In this document: in pieces, positions 20,425-29,502 of the stretch | Layout: each line of letters begins with the position of its first letter | Numbering within the stretch: position 1 is the first letter of the stretch | Source of the DNA: an uncultured Collinsella sp. | Lineage (GTDB): Bacteria > Actinomycetota > Coriobacteriia > Coriobacteriales > Coriobacteriaceae | Direction of reading: 5' to 3' | Length of the DNA stretch: 54,873 bases | NCBI GenBank assembly: GCA_902478875.1 | Contig: CABSMZ010000001.1 | Location: 1 to 54,873, forward strand | Program-made: the position numbers and the translations under genes | The notes under the pieces: generated by a model | Told to the model about the DNA's origin: nothing | What the model saw: only the letters and a program-made list of their open reading frames with translations | Database searches by the model: none

Positions 20425-20640
20425 CCTTGAATTGACTAGGACCTCTGCAAAGGGGTCCTTTTCTTTTATGCAGCCCCCACATGGAATCGAACCCCGTGAG
20501 GGCGCGTAAGCGTTTGCCAGCGTAGCTCGCAAGGCGCGTAAGCGCCGCAGCGGTCCGTCCGCGCAGCGCGCGGACGCGATTCCCTTCCCCGCCACCTTGA
20601 ATTGACTAGGACCTCTGCAAAGGGGTCCTTTTCTTTTATG
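20407..20640 (+). repeat. tRNA-Phe-linked element: 64-bp perfect direct repeat (tRNA 3' end + terminator) around an anti-T-arm and hairpin scaffold
   Basis: 20407-20470 is identical to 20577-20640; ggaatcgaacccc (20483-95) is the reverse complement of 20401-13. Confidence 0.9.
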
Positions 20641-20890
20641 TAGGGTTCTGCGGAAACTGCGTCCCAGAATAAGGGCTCAGAACGGGACACACTTTCCGGT
20701 GCCTGCCTCCGGCGCGCGTACACACCTCGTCGCACCATTCCGAGCCCGCCCGCCCCAGACATTCCTCCCACTTTCGCGTCACTTTACAGACCGTTCGGTC
20801 GTCTGTCCGCACGCGCGGGTATACTCAAAACGATACTTTTCCTATGCAATACGATGCAGGCTCGGCCTGCACGATCCGAAGGGGGCAGTG

Positions 20891-21952
20891 ATGGAGAGGA
20901 TACTCGGCGTTAATCTCTCTGGCTGGTTCATTCCCGAGCCTTGGGTTACCCCGTCGCTATACGCGGCGACCGGTGCATCCAACGCGGCCGAGCTGCAGGA
21001 GGCCATGGGCACCGCCGCCTATAACGAGCGCATGCGCCGTCATTACGAGACGTTTGTGAGCGAGGACGATTTTCGCCGCATGGCGCAGATTGGCCTCAAT
21101 GCCGTGCGTCTGCCGGTACCCTGGTATGCCTTTGGCTCGCAGGAGTCCGATGCGTCCTACATCTCGGTTGTCGACTACATCGACCGTGCAATTGAGTGGG
21201 CTGCCAAGTACGACATCCGCGTGCTGCTTGATCTAGCAACTGTGCCCGGTGGCCAGGGCGATTCCAACGATTCGCCCACCACGCCGGAGGCTGTCGCCGA
21301 GTGGCATTCGTCCACCAACGGTCGTCATGTCGCACTCGACGTGCTCGAGCGCTTGGCCGATCGCTACGGCGAGGCCGAGAGCCTGCTGGGCATTGAGCTG
21401 CTGGATACGCCGCAGATGAGTGTCCGCAAGAGCCTCTTCACCATGACGGATGGCATTCCGGCGCACTACCTGCGCAACTTCTATCGCGATGCCTATGAGC
21501 TCGTCCGTTCGTATATGCCCGAGGATAAGATCGTCGTCTTCTCGTCGTCGGGGCATCCCAGCGAGTGGAAGCATTTTATGCGCGGCACTAAGTACAAGAA
21601 CGTCTACATGGACCTTCACCTGTACCATTACCGCGACGAGCATGCGCTCGACATCACGAGCCCCCGCGGGCTGACGACGGCGATTTCGCGTAACAAGCGC
21701 GAGCTTAAAGAAGCGATTTCGACTGGGTTCCCCGTGCTGGTGGGCGAATGGTCGGGCGCGGCGATCTTTGCCAACTCGTCGGTTACGCCCGAAGGCCGCA
21801 ATGCCTACGAGCGCGTGTTTATCGCCAACCAGCTGGCTTCGTTTGCGCCGGCTGCCGGTTGGTTCTTCCAAACGTGGAAGACCGAGAAGCGCATTGCAGC
21901 ATGGGACGCCCGCGCGGCACTCGGCACGCTCGAGCGCGGCATGATTGAATAG
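20891..21952 (+). CDS. Glycoside hydrolase family 5-like protein (exo-1,3-beta-glucanase-like), catalytic motif degenerate
   Basis: GVNLSGWFIPEPWVTPSLY, GLNAVRLPVPW and VGEWS motifs, but ELLDTP in place of ELLNEP. Confidence 0.8.
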   Translation: MERILGVNLSGWFIPEPWVTPSLYAATGASNAAELQEAMGTAAYNERMRRHYETFVSEDDFRRMAQIGLNAVRLPVPWYAFGSQESDASYISVVDYIDRAIEWAAKYDIRVLLDLATVPGGQGDSNDSPTTPEAVAEWHSSTNGRHVALDVLERLADRYGEAESLLGIELLDTPQMSVRKSLFTMTDGIPAHYLRNFYRDAYELVRSYMPEDKIVVFSSSGHPSEWKHFMRGTKYKNVYMDLHLYHYRDEHALDITSPRGLTTAISRNKRELKEAISTGFPVLVGEWSGAAIFANSSVTPEGRNAYERVFIANQLASFAPAAGWFFQTWKTEKRIAAWDARAALGTLERGMIE

Positions 21953-21958
21953 GTTGAT

Positions 21959-22837
21959 ATGACGCAAAACAGCGCCCGCACGGGCAAACTTTATGTGGTC
22001 GGTACGCCCATCGGTAACCTGGGCGACCTGTCTCCGCGCGTCGGCGAGGCATTTGCCGCCGCCGATGCCATTTGCTGCGAGGACACGCGTGTGACGTCAA
22101 AGCTGCTGATGCACCTGGGCATTTCCAAGCCGCTTGTCCGTTGCGACGAGAATGTGATCGCCAGCCGCGCCGCCGGCCTAGTCGACCGTCTGCTGGCGGG
22201 GGAGACCCTCGCCTTTGCCTCGGACGCCGGCATGCCGAGCGTGTCCGATCCCGGCCAGGCGCTGGTCGAGGCGGCACGTGAGGCCGATGTACCCGTAGAA
22301 GTTATTCCCGGGCCCTCTGCTTGCGTCACGGCGCTCGTTTCGTCCGGCATTCCCTGCGAGCATTTTTTCTTCGAGGGCTTTTTGGGCCGAAAGCACGGCG
22401 ACCGTGTGCGCCGTTTGCAGCGCCTTGCCGTGGTGCCCGGCGCGCTCATCTTCTACGAGTCTCCACATCGCATCGTGGCGACGCTCGAGGCCGTGGCCGA
22501 GGTCTTTCCCCAGCGCGTGGTCGCTGTCTGCCGCGAACTCACCAAGCTGCATGAGGAGGTCTTGCGCGGGCCCGCCGACCAGCTTGCCGAAGAACTGCGT
22601 GCTCGTGGCGAGGTAAAGGGCGAGATTGCGCTGGTTATCGCGCCGCCGAGCGAGGATGAGGAGGCCGGTATCGTGCCGGTTGGCGCAGCGGCGGCGGATC
22701 CCGACGAGGCCCTGCGCGAGGATATCCGCGCCGCGCTCGAGGAGGGGGAGCCCGCGTCTGCGGTGGCCAAGCGCCTGTCTCAGAAGTATTCGCGCCGCAA
22801 GCGCGATGTCTATGCCATGGTGCTCGATATGCAATAG
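21959..22837 (+). CDS. rsmI: 16S rRNA C1402 2'-O-methyltransferase
   Basis: LYVVGTPIGNLGD, CEDTR, SDAGMPSVSDPG, IPGPSA, FYESPHR and RELTKLHEE motifs. Confidence 0.95.
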   Translation: MTQNSARTGKLYVVGTPIGNLGDLSPRVGEAFAAADAICCEDTRVTSKLLMHLGISKPLVRCDENVIASRAAGLVDRLLAGETLAFASDAGMPSVSDPGQALVEAAREADVPVEVIPGPSACVTALVSSGIPCEHFFFEGFLGRKHGDRVRRLQRLAVVPGALIFYESPHRIVATLEAVAEVFPQRVVAVCRELTKLHEEVLRGPADQLAEELRARGEVKGEIALVIAPPSEDEEAGIVPVGAAAADPDEALREDIRAALEEGEPASAVAKRLSQKYSRRKRDVYAMVLDMQ

Positions 22838-22906
22838 ATGGAGGATATCCAGCCCTTGCGCTAGAATCATCCTCTGTATGCAACGTTTTTCTGGAGGACA
22901 AACCCC

Positions 22907-24508
22907 ATGGATCAAAGCAAGCCTTCGTTCTTTATCACGACGCCCATCTACTACGTCAACGCCGATCCGCACCTGGGCACGGCTTATTCCACCATCATCG
23001 CCGACGTTCAGGCTCGCTATCGCCGCTCCGCCGGCTATAACGTCAAGTTCCTGACCGGCATGGACGAGCACGGCGAGAAGGTCGCCGAGGCCGCAGCCAA
23101 GCACAACATGACGCCTCAGGAGTGGACCGACAGCCAGGCTCCGCACTTCAAGGAGCTTTGGAACAAGCTCGAGATCTCCAACGACGACTTCATCCGCACC
23201 ACCGAGCCGCGCCAGCACCATGCCGTGCAGTACCTGTGGGAGCGCATGAAGGAGTCCGGCTACCTGTATAAGGGCAGCTACGATGGCTGGTACTGTGTGC
23301 CCGACGAGACCTACTTCACCGATACGCAGGTCCAGAAGGGCGACGAGGAGTACGGCAGCGTCGGCCAGCACCTGTGCCCCGACTGCCACCGTCCGCTTGA
23401 GCGCGTGCAGGAGGAGTCCTACTTCTTTAAGCTTTCTGCCTTCCAGGACAAGCTGCTCAAGCTCTATGACGAGCACCCTGACTTTGTCGAGCCTGCGTTC
23501 CGTATGAACGAGGTACGCAGCTTTGTCGAGGGCGGCCTTAACGACCTTTCCGTGAGCCGCACGAGCTTTGACTGGGGCATTCAGGTCCCGTTTGACGAGG
23601 GCCACGTGACCTACGTGTGGTTCGATGCGCTGCTCAACTACATGACGGCCGTCGGCTACGGTGTCGACACCGACGAGGCACGTGCCGAGCTGGCCTATCG
23701 CTGGCCTGCGCAGTTCCACATCGTGGGTAAGGACATCATCCGCTTCCACTGCGTCATTTGGCCCGCCATGCTCATGGCCATCGGCGAGGCCCTGCCCGAG
23801 CACGTCTTTGCCCACGGCTTCCTGACCGTGCGCAATGCCGAGACTGGCAAGGCCGAGAAGATGTCCAAGAGCCGCGGCAACGCCATCGCTCCGCAGGACG
23901 TTATCGACATGCTGGGCGTCGAGGGCTATCGCTACTACTTCATGACCGACGTCGTTCCCGGTACCGACGGCGCCATCAGCTTCGATCGCATGGAGCAGGT
24001 CTACAACGCCGACCTGGCCAACAGCTGGGGCAATCTGATTTCGCGTTCGCTCAACATGAGCGCAAAGTACTTTGACGGCTGCGCCCCGGCTAAACCGGCG
24101 TCTGCCGACGCGTTCGACAACCCGCTGGCAAAGATCGCCGATGGTCTGGTCGAGCGCTACATGGCCAAGATGGACGTGCTCGATTACGGTGGGGCCAAGG
24201 ACGAGGTCATGGAGCTCATCCATGCTGCCAACCACTACATCGAGGACTCCGAGCCCTGGGCGCTTGCCAAGGACGAGGCCAAGGCTGACGAGCTGGCGTT
24301 CGTGATCTACAACCTGCTCGAGGCCATCCGCATTGCCGCTCACCTGCTGATGCCGCTCATGCCCCAGACTTCTGCCGAGGCCCTGCGCCGTCTGTCCTGT
24401 GAGGGCGAGGCCGCGAGCGACGACCTCAAGGGCATTTGCACTTGGGGCCTGCTTGCCGGCGGTCAGCCCGTCGAGAAGGGTGAGCCGCTGTTCCCGCGTC
24501 TGGGCTAA
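22907..24508 (+). CDS. metG: Methionine--tRNA ligase (short form without C-terminal appended domain)
   Basis: ITTPIYYVN..PHLGT, TGMDEHG, YVWFDAL, GKDIIRFH and KMSKS motifs. Confidence 0.97.
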   Translation: MDQSKPSFFITTPIYYVNADPHLGTAYSTIIADVQARYRRSAGYNVKFLTGMDEHGEKVAEAAAKHNMTPQEWTDSQAPHFKELWNKLEISNDDFIRTTEPRQHHAVQYLWERMKESGYLYKGSYDGWYCVPDETYFTDTQVQKGDEEYGSVGQHLCPDCHRPLERVQEESYFFKLSAFQDKLLKLYDEHPDFVEPAFRMNEVRSFVEGGLNDLSVSRTSFDWGIQVPFDEGHVTYVWFDALLNYMTAVGYGVDTDEARAELAYRWPAQFHIVGKDIIRFHCVIWPAMLMAIGEALPEHVFAHGFLTVRNAETGKAEKMSKSRGNAIAPQDVIDMLGVEGYRYYFMTDVVPGTDGAISFDRMEQVYNADLANSWGNLISRSLNMSAKYFDGCAPAKPASADAFDNPLAKIADGLVERYMAKMDVLDYGGAKDEVMELIHAANHYIEDSEPWALAKDEAKADELAFVIYNLLEAIRIAAHLLMPLMPQTSAEALRRLSCEGEAASDDLKGICTWGLLAGGQPVEKGEPLFPRLG

Positions 24509-24615
24509 GACGCAGCGCGCCATATCGGCAATTTGCTGTTTAGATGTAAGGGCATGGCCGCAACGGTCCATGCCCTTTCGTTTCAAGACGCCGCCATCAT
24601 GCTAAGGAGGCAACT

Positions 24616-25476
24616 ATGACAACTTCGCCTTTGGCAAACCCCACGGCAACAAGGGAGCTGCTGGAGGAGTTTGGCCTTGCGACCAAGCATCGCCTGGGCC
24701 AGAACTTCCTGATCGACAACCATGTAATTGAGCGCATTTGCGAGCTTGCCGAGCTTGCAGGCGATGAGCGCGTGCTCGAGGTTGGTCCGGGCGTTGGTAC
24801 GCTCACGCTTGCGCTGTTGCAGGAGGCGGCGTGCGTCACGTCGATCGAGGCCGATCCCGAGCTCGAGCCGGTGCTCGATGCTCACGCCGCCGACTACGCC
24901 AACTTCCGCTTTATCATGGGTGACGCGCTTAAGGTGGGCCCGGAGCAGATTGAGCAGGCTGCGGGCGGTGAGCCGACGGTATTTGTCGCGAACTTGCCCT
25001 ATAACGTGGCGGCGACGATCATTTTGCAATTTTTCCAGACGATGCCGGCGCTCAAGCGCGCCGTCGTCATGGTGCAAAAGGAGGTTGCCGATCGCATTGC
25101 CGCAGTGCCGGGCAACAAGACCTATGGCGGCTATACGGCAAAGCTTGGCCTGTATGCGCAGGTAACGGGTCGCTTTGAGGTGCCGCCGCGTTGCTTTATG
25201 CCGGCGCCACACGTGGACTCGGCCGTCGTGCGTATCGACCGTGTTGACGGTGTGGTGCCCGAAGGACTCGATCGCGAATTTGTGGCCCGCGTGATTGACG
25301 CTGCATTTGCTCAGCGTCGCAAGACCATCCGCAATTCCATGAGCGCCAACGGCTTTGCCAAGGACGTGCTCGATGCCGCCTTTGAGGCTTGCGGTATCGC
25401 ACCCACCACGCGCGCCGAGACGCTCGGCGTCGCCGACTTTGTGTGCCTGGCTCGGGAGCTTTCCCATGACGCTTAA
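24616..25476 (+). CDS. rsmA: 16S rRNA adenine dimethyltransferase KsgA
   Basis: LGQNFL, VLEVGPGVG, VANLPYN, MVQKEVA and AFAQRRKT motifs. Confidence 0.96.
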   Translation: MTTSPLANPTATRELLEEFGLATKHRLGQNFLIDNHVIERICELAELAGDERVLEVGPGVGTLTLALLQEAACVTSIEADPELEPVLDAHAADYANFRFIMGDALKVGPEQIEQAAGGEPTVFVANLPYNVAATIILQFFQTMPALKRAVVMVQKEVADRIAAVPGNKTYGGYTAKLGLYAQVTGRFEVPPRCFMPAPHVDSAVVRIDRVDGVVPEGLDREFVARVIDAAFAQRRKTIRNSMSANGFAKDVLDAAFEACGIAPTTRAETLGVADFVCLARELSHDA

Positions 25477-26383
25477 TGCCGAACGCGTGACGTTTACCAA
25501 GAAAAAGAAGACGGTTGCTTGTCCCGTGCCCTTGGCACCGCTTGCCGACACACATGCGCATCTGCTTTCGTTCTGGGGCAAGGATGTGCCCGAGACACTC
25601 GTGCGTGCCAAGGCGGCAGGCATCGACCTGTTGGTGACGGTCTTCGACCCCATCGCCGACAAGCGCAGCGTGACGGACTATAGCGACTGGCTCGTGCGCG
25701 AAATTCTGCCGATGCAGGATATCCCGCAGATCAAGTATCTTGCCGGCGTGCATCCGTATGGCGCGCCGGACTATACCGACGACATTCACGCGCAGGTTGT
25801 TGCTGCGCTTGATGACCCTTTGTGCGCCGGTATTGGCGAAATCGGTCTGGACTACCACATGGACTATGACGACGATATCGCGCCGGCACCCCATAACGTG
25901 CAGATTGACTGCATGGCGCGCCAGCTCGAGCTTGCCGTGCGTCGTAACGTGCCGGTGGAGCTGCATCTGCGTCACGAGGACATGGACCAGGAGCGTACCT
26001 CGCACGTGGACGCCTACAACGTGCTTCGTGAGGTGGGCGTGCCCCAGGCCGGTTGTGTGCTGCACTGTTTTGGCGAGGACCGCGCCACGATGGAGCGCTT
26101 TGTGGAGTTGGGCTGCTATATCGCCTATGGTGGTGCGGCCACCTTTAAGCGCAACGACGACGTGCGCGAGGCATTTGCGGCAACCCCACTCGATCGAATA
26201 TTGTTCGAGACGGATTGCCCGTATATGGCTCCGGAGCCCATCCGCGGTCTTGAATGCGAGCCCGCAATGATCTCCATTACGGCAAACGCGCTGGTTAACG
26301 ACCGTGTCGATCGCACTGGTGAGGACGCCGAAACAATCGCGCATGCCGCTTGGGAAAATGCCTGCAAACTTTTTCAAAAATAG
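25466..26383 (+). CDS. TatD family hydrolase
   Basis: DTHAH, AGVHP, IGEIGLDY, LHCF and ETDCPY motifs. Confidence 0.92.
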   Translation: MTLNAERVTFTKKKKTVACPVPLAPLADTHAHLLSFWGKDVPETLVRAKAAGIDLLVTVFDPIADKRSVTDYSDWLVREILPMQDIPQIKYLAGVHPYGAPDYTDDIHAQVVAALDDPLCAGIGEIGLDYHMDYDDDIAPAPHNVQIDCMARQLELAVRRNVPVELHLRHEDMDQERTSHVDAYNVLREVGVPQAGCVLHCFGEDRATMERFVELGCYIAYGGAATFKRNDDVREAFAATPLDRILFETDCPYMAPEPIRGLECEPAMISITANALVNDRVDRTGEDAETIAHAAWENACKLFQK

Positions 26384-26426
26384 TTCTTGCGTTCGCGGTG
26401 GCGCTCCGTTATTCTAATTCCTGCAC

Positions 26427-26513
26427 GCGGGCGTGGCGGAATTGGCAGACGCGTACGGTTCAGGTCCGTATGGGGGCAACCCCATGAAGGTTCAAGTCCT
26501 TTCGCCCGCACCA
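26427..26513 (+). tRNA. tRNA-Leu(CAG)
   Basis: 87 nt with long variable arm; anticodon arm tacgg-ttCAGgt-ccgta; ends CCA. Confidence 0.96.
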
Positions 26514-26744
26514 TTGATTGAAAGAGCTCCCAGCAATGGGAGCTTTTTTGTTATGTGCCCATCGCGGGGACTTGAACCTGCGAAGGAGCGAGCGTCAAGA
26601 AAACGCGGAGCGTTTTTAGCGAGCTGGCAAGGACGCCGGCAGGCGGCCGATGCCGGTGCGGATCCGCGAAGCGGATACGCGGACGTCCTTTCGCCCGCAC
26701 CATTAAATGAAAGAGCTCCCAGCAATGGGGGCTTTTTTGTTATG
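26496..26744 (+). repeat. tRNA-Leu-linked element: 60-bp direct repeat (57/60 identical) around an anti-T-arm and conserved scaffold
   Basis: 26496-26555 vs 26685-26744; ggacttgaacct (26568-79) is the reverse complement of 26488-99; scaffold shared with the tRNA-Arg copies. Confidence 0.9.
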
Positions 26745-26801
26745 CACGATCTCCTTGGACGGGTATCCTAATGGCAACGTGTGCCTATCAGAGGAGAGAC
26801 C

Positions 26802-27740
26802 ATGCTGTTTTCCGGTATCATCGCCGCCCTTACCGGCCTTTTGATTCCCATCATCATCCTGTTGCTGCTGCTCCCCAACGCCTGTTATGTCGTTGAACAG
26901 CAGCACGCCGTAATCATCGAGCGCTTGGGTAAGTTCAATCGTATCGTCAACGCGGGCTTCCACGTGAAGGTGCCCGTGATCGACCGCAAGGCCGCCACGG
27001 TGAGCCTGCGCACCATGAAAAACGGTTTTGGCATCGACGTTAAGACCCAGGACAACGTGACCATCGGCCTTGAGGTCTCCGCTCAGTACCACGTGAGCTA
27101 CGACATGGGCGCCGGCCCGGCAGATTCGGGCATCTACAAGAGCTACTACATGCTGCAGGAGCCCGTCGACCAGATGCGTGATTTCATCACCGACGCCCTG
27201 CGCTCTTCGATTCCTGTCTACACACTCGATGAGGTCTTTGCCAAGAAGGATGACATCGCCAAGGATGTCAACGCTACCGTTTCCGAGCAGATGGCCGCCT
27301 ACGGCTTCACCCTCGTGTCGACGCTCATCACCAAAATCGCACTGCCGACCGAGGTTGAGAACTCCATGAACGACATCAACGCCGCCCAGCGCAAGCGCGC
27401 TGCGGCACAGGAGCTCGCCGAGGCAGACCGCATCAAGCGCGTCACCGAGGCGACCGCCGAGGCCGAGGCAATGGAAAAGGCGGGCGAGGGCATCGCCAAC
27501 CAGCGCAAGGCCATCGCACTGGGTATCAAAGATTCGCTCGAGATCATCCAGGAGACGGGTGTCGGCAATGACGAGGCCAACCAACTGTTCATGTTTACGC
27601 AGTGGTCCGAGATGATGACGGAGTTCGCTCGCACGGGTAAAACCTCGACGGTCGTGCTGCCGAGCGACTTTTCGCAGTCGGCCTCGATGTTCGAGCAGAT
27701 GCTGGCCGCCGGCAAAGTTCAAAACGATTCGAAGGAGTAG
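26802..27740 (+). CDS. SPFH/band 7 (stomatin/prohibitin-like) membrane protein
   Basis: N-terminal TM, IIERLGKF, KTQDNV, C-terminal AEA-rich coiled coil. Confidence 0.9.
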   Translation: MLFSGIIAALTGLLIPIIILLLLLPNACYVVEQQHAVIIERLGKFNRIVNAGFHVKVPVIDRKAATVSLRTMKNGFGIDVKTQDNVTIGLEVSAQYHVSYDMGAGPADSGIYKSYYMLQEPVDQMRDFITDALRSSIPVYTLDEVFAKKDDIAKDVNATVSEQMAAYGFTLVSTLITKIALPTEVENSMNDINAAQRKRAAAQELAEADRIKRVTEATAEAEAMEKAGEGIANQRKAIALGIKDSLEIIQETGVGNDEANQLFMFTQWSEMMTEFARTGKTSTVVLPSDFSQSASMFEQMLAAGKVQNDSKE

Positions 27741-27746
27741 ACGCGC

Positions 27747-28217
27747 GTGAAATACACCGTCGTTTGCGTCGGTAAGCTCAAGGAGCGCTTTTGGAAGGAC
27801 GCGTGCGCTGAGTACACCAAGCGCCTAGGTGCCTATGCCAAGGTGGATATCCGCGAGGTGGCCGATATCGACCCGGCTAAGGCGGGCGGCGTGGATGCCG
27901 CGCGCGACAAGGAGGGGGCGGCGATTCTTACAGCCCTGCCGCCTCGAGCACATGTAATCTTGCTGGCCATTGAGGGCAAAGAGCGCTCGAGCGAGGAACT
28001 TTCGGCGCGGCTCGATGATCTTATGCTACGTGGTAACAGCGACATCGCCTTTGTAATTGGCGGATCGGACGGCGTGAGCGATGACGTGCGCGCACGAGCC
28101 GACGAGATGCTCAGCTTTGGACGTATTACCTTGCCGCATAACTTGGCGCGCGTGGTGCTGCTGGAGCAGATCTACCGCGCCTGCAAGATTAGCCGCGGCG
28201 AGCCGTATCACAAATAG
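27747..28217 (+). CDS. rlmH: 23S rRNA pseudouridine-1915 methyltransferase
   Basis: VGKLKE, FVIGGSDG, TLPHNLARVVLLEQIYRA and GEPYHK motifs. Confidence 0.96.
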   Translation: MKYTVVCVGKLKERFWKDACAEYTKRLGAYAKVDIREVADIDPAKAGGVDAARDKEGAAILTALPPRAHVILLAIEGKERSSEELSARLDDLMLRGNSDIAFVIGGSDGVSDDVRARADEMLSFGRITLPHNLARVVLLEQIYRACKISRGEPYHK

Positions 28218-28290
28218 GTCAGCAATACGAAACAATGGCGTGGGACAATACCTTTCGTTTTGAGGAATGTGTCTGAAAGGACTATGCGAT

Positions 28291-29061
28291 ATGAAGATTG
28301 GATTTGTCGGTTTTGGCAATATGGCGAGCGCTATGGCCGATGGCTGGATCGCTGCCGGTGTAGCTGCGAGCGACATGTGCGCCTGCGCGGGTCGCTACGA
28401 CGCACTGGTTGAGCGCTGCGAGGCGCGCGGCATGGTCGCCTGCCACGATGCCGCCGAGGTTGTCGCCGCATCCGATATCGTGGTCGCTGCGGTCAAACCG
28501 TACATGATCGAGAAGGTATTCGCCCCGCTCAAGGATGCTCTTGCCAAAAAGGTCGTTCTGTCGGTTGCCTGGACCTGGGACAGTGCCAAGTGGGAGCAGG
28601 TCCTGCCGGGCGTCGCGCATATCTCGACGGTGCCCAACACGCCGGTTTCGGTGGACGAGGGCGTCATCGCCTGCGAGAAGGCTTCGACGCTTAACGACGA
28701 GCAGCGTGCTGTGGTGCTCGACCTGCTCGGTAAGCTTGGCGCTGTCGTCGAGCTCGACACAAGCCTGCTGTTTGTGGGCGGCACGGTGGGTGGTTGCGCT
28801 CCGGCGTTTGTCGCCATGGCAATCGAGGCCTTGGGCGATGCGGCGGTCAAGCACGGTATCCCGCGTGCGGATGCTTATCGCATTGTGAGCCAGATGGTGC
28901 TGGGTACGGCAAAGCTGCAGCTTGCAACTGGCCAGCATCCTGCGGCGATGAAGGATGCCGTATGCTCGCCCGGTGGTGCCACCATCAAGGGCGTCGTTGC
29001 GCTCGAGGACGCCGGCATGCGCAGCGCCCTGGTCAAGGCAATCGACGCAACCCTCCAGTAA
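28291..29061 (+). CDS. proC: Pyrroline-5-carboxylate reductase
   Basis: IGFVGFGNMA, AVKP, PNTP and VCSPGGATIKG motifs. Confidence 0.93.
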   Translation: MKIGFVGFGNMASAMADGWIAAGVAASDMCACAGRYDALVERCEARGMVACHDAAEVVAASDIVVAAVKPYMIEKVFAPLKDALAKKVVLSVAWTWDSAKWEQVLPGVAHISTVPNTPVSVDEGVIACEKASTLNDEQRAVVLDLLGKLGAVVELDTSLLFVGGTVGGCAPAFVAMAIEALGDAAVKHGIPRADAYRIVSQMVLGTAKLQLATGQHPAAMKDAVCSPGGATIKGVVALEDAGMRSALVKAIDATLQ

Positions 29062-29211
29062 AACCGACCAAAAAAGGGACAGTTTGTTTTGGTAGGTTTT
29101 TCCTGCGGTTTTGTCCTTTTAGCGAAAAGTGCCCCGCAACTGGCTCAATTCCAGTTGCGGGGCACTTGCGTTTGCCCAGATAAAACCGACCAAAATAAAC
29201 CTGTCCCTTTT
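29059..29211. repeat. REP/MITE-like element with ~30-bp imperfect terminal inverted repeats (GGGACAG...CTGTCCC) and an internal 17-bp perfect hairpin
   Basis: 29072-29100 vs 29182-29211 inverted; aagtgccccgcaactgg (29127-43)/ccagttgcggggcactt (29151-67); taaaaccgaccaaaa direct repeat at 29059 and 29181. Confidence 0.75.
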
Positions 29212-29217
29212 GGCAGG

Positions 29218-29391
29218 TTAGTCCCAGAAGCTGTCTTCTTCGTCCTCGGACTTGGGGCCGCGGTCGACATACATCTTATGGGTGCGCTTCTCCATTACAA
29301 AGGCAATAATCGCAAACAGCAGGATGCCGCCGGCGAAAAGGATGGCAAAACCGGTGCGGGTGCCAAACAAAAAGGAAAAAACTGCGTCCAT
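29218..29391 (-). CDS. Small 57-aa single-pass membrane protein (absent from the ORF track)
   Basis: Hand translation MDAVFSFLFGTRTGFAILFAGGILLFAIIAFVMEKRTHKMYVDRGPKSEDEEDSFWD*; AGAAGG RBS upstream. Confidence 0.7.
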   Translation of the reverse strand: MDAVFSFLFGTRTGFAILFAGGILLFAIIAFVMEKRTHKMYVDRGPKSEDEEDSFWD

Positions 29392-29502
29392 TGGGTGCCT
29401 TCTTGCGTAGTTGAGTTGGGTCGTAAACGCTCATAAGTATATACTTGCCCATACATGTACAAGGTTGCAACCTAAATGGAATGTATATCGCCGGAGGATC
29501 TA

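Noticed and set aside
22961..22990. MetRS HIGH motif reads HLGT
   Set aside because: Within the variation expected for MetRS; all other motifs are intact.
26433..26771. ORFs overlapping tRNA loci (also 31607-31933, 32059-32697, 20398-20771, 30747-31514)
   Set aside because: Translations of tRNA and repeat sequence, not proteins.
28200..28290. rlmH 3' end as an integration hotspot (SCCmec-like attB)
   Set aside because: proC follows within ~75 bp, with no recombinase and no repeated att sequence, so the site is empty.
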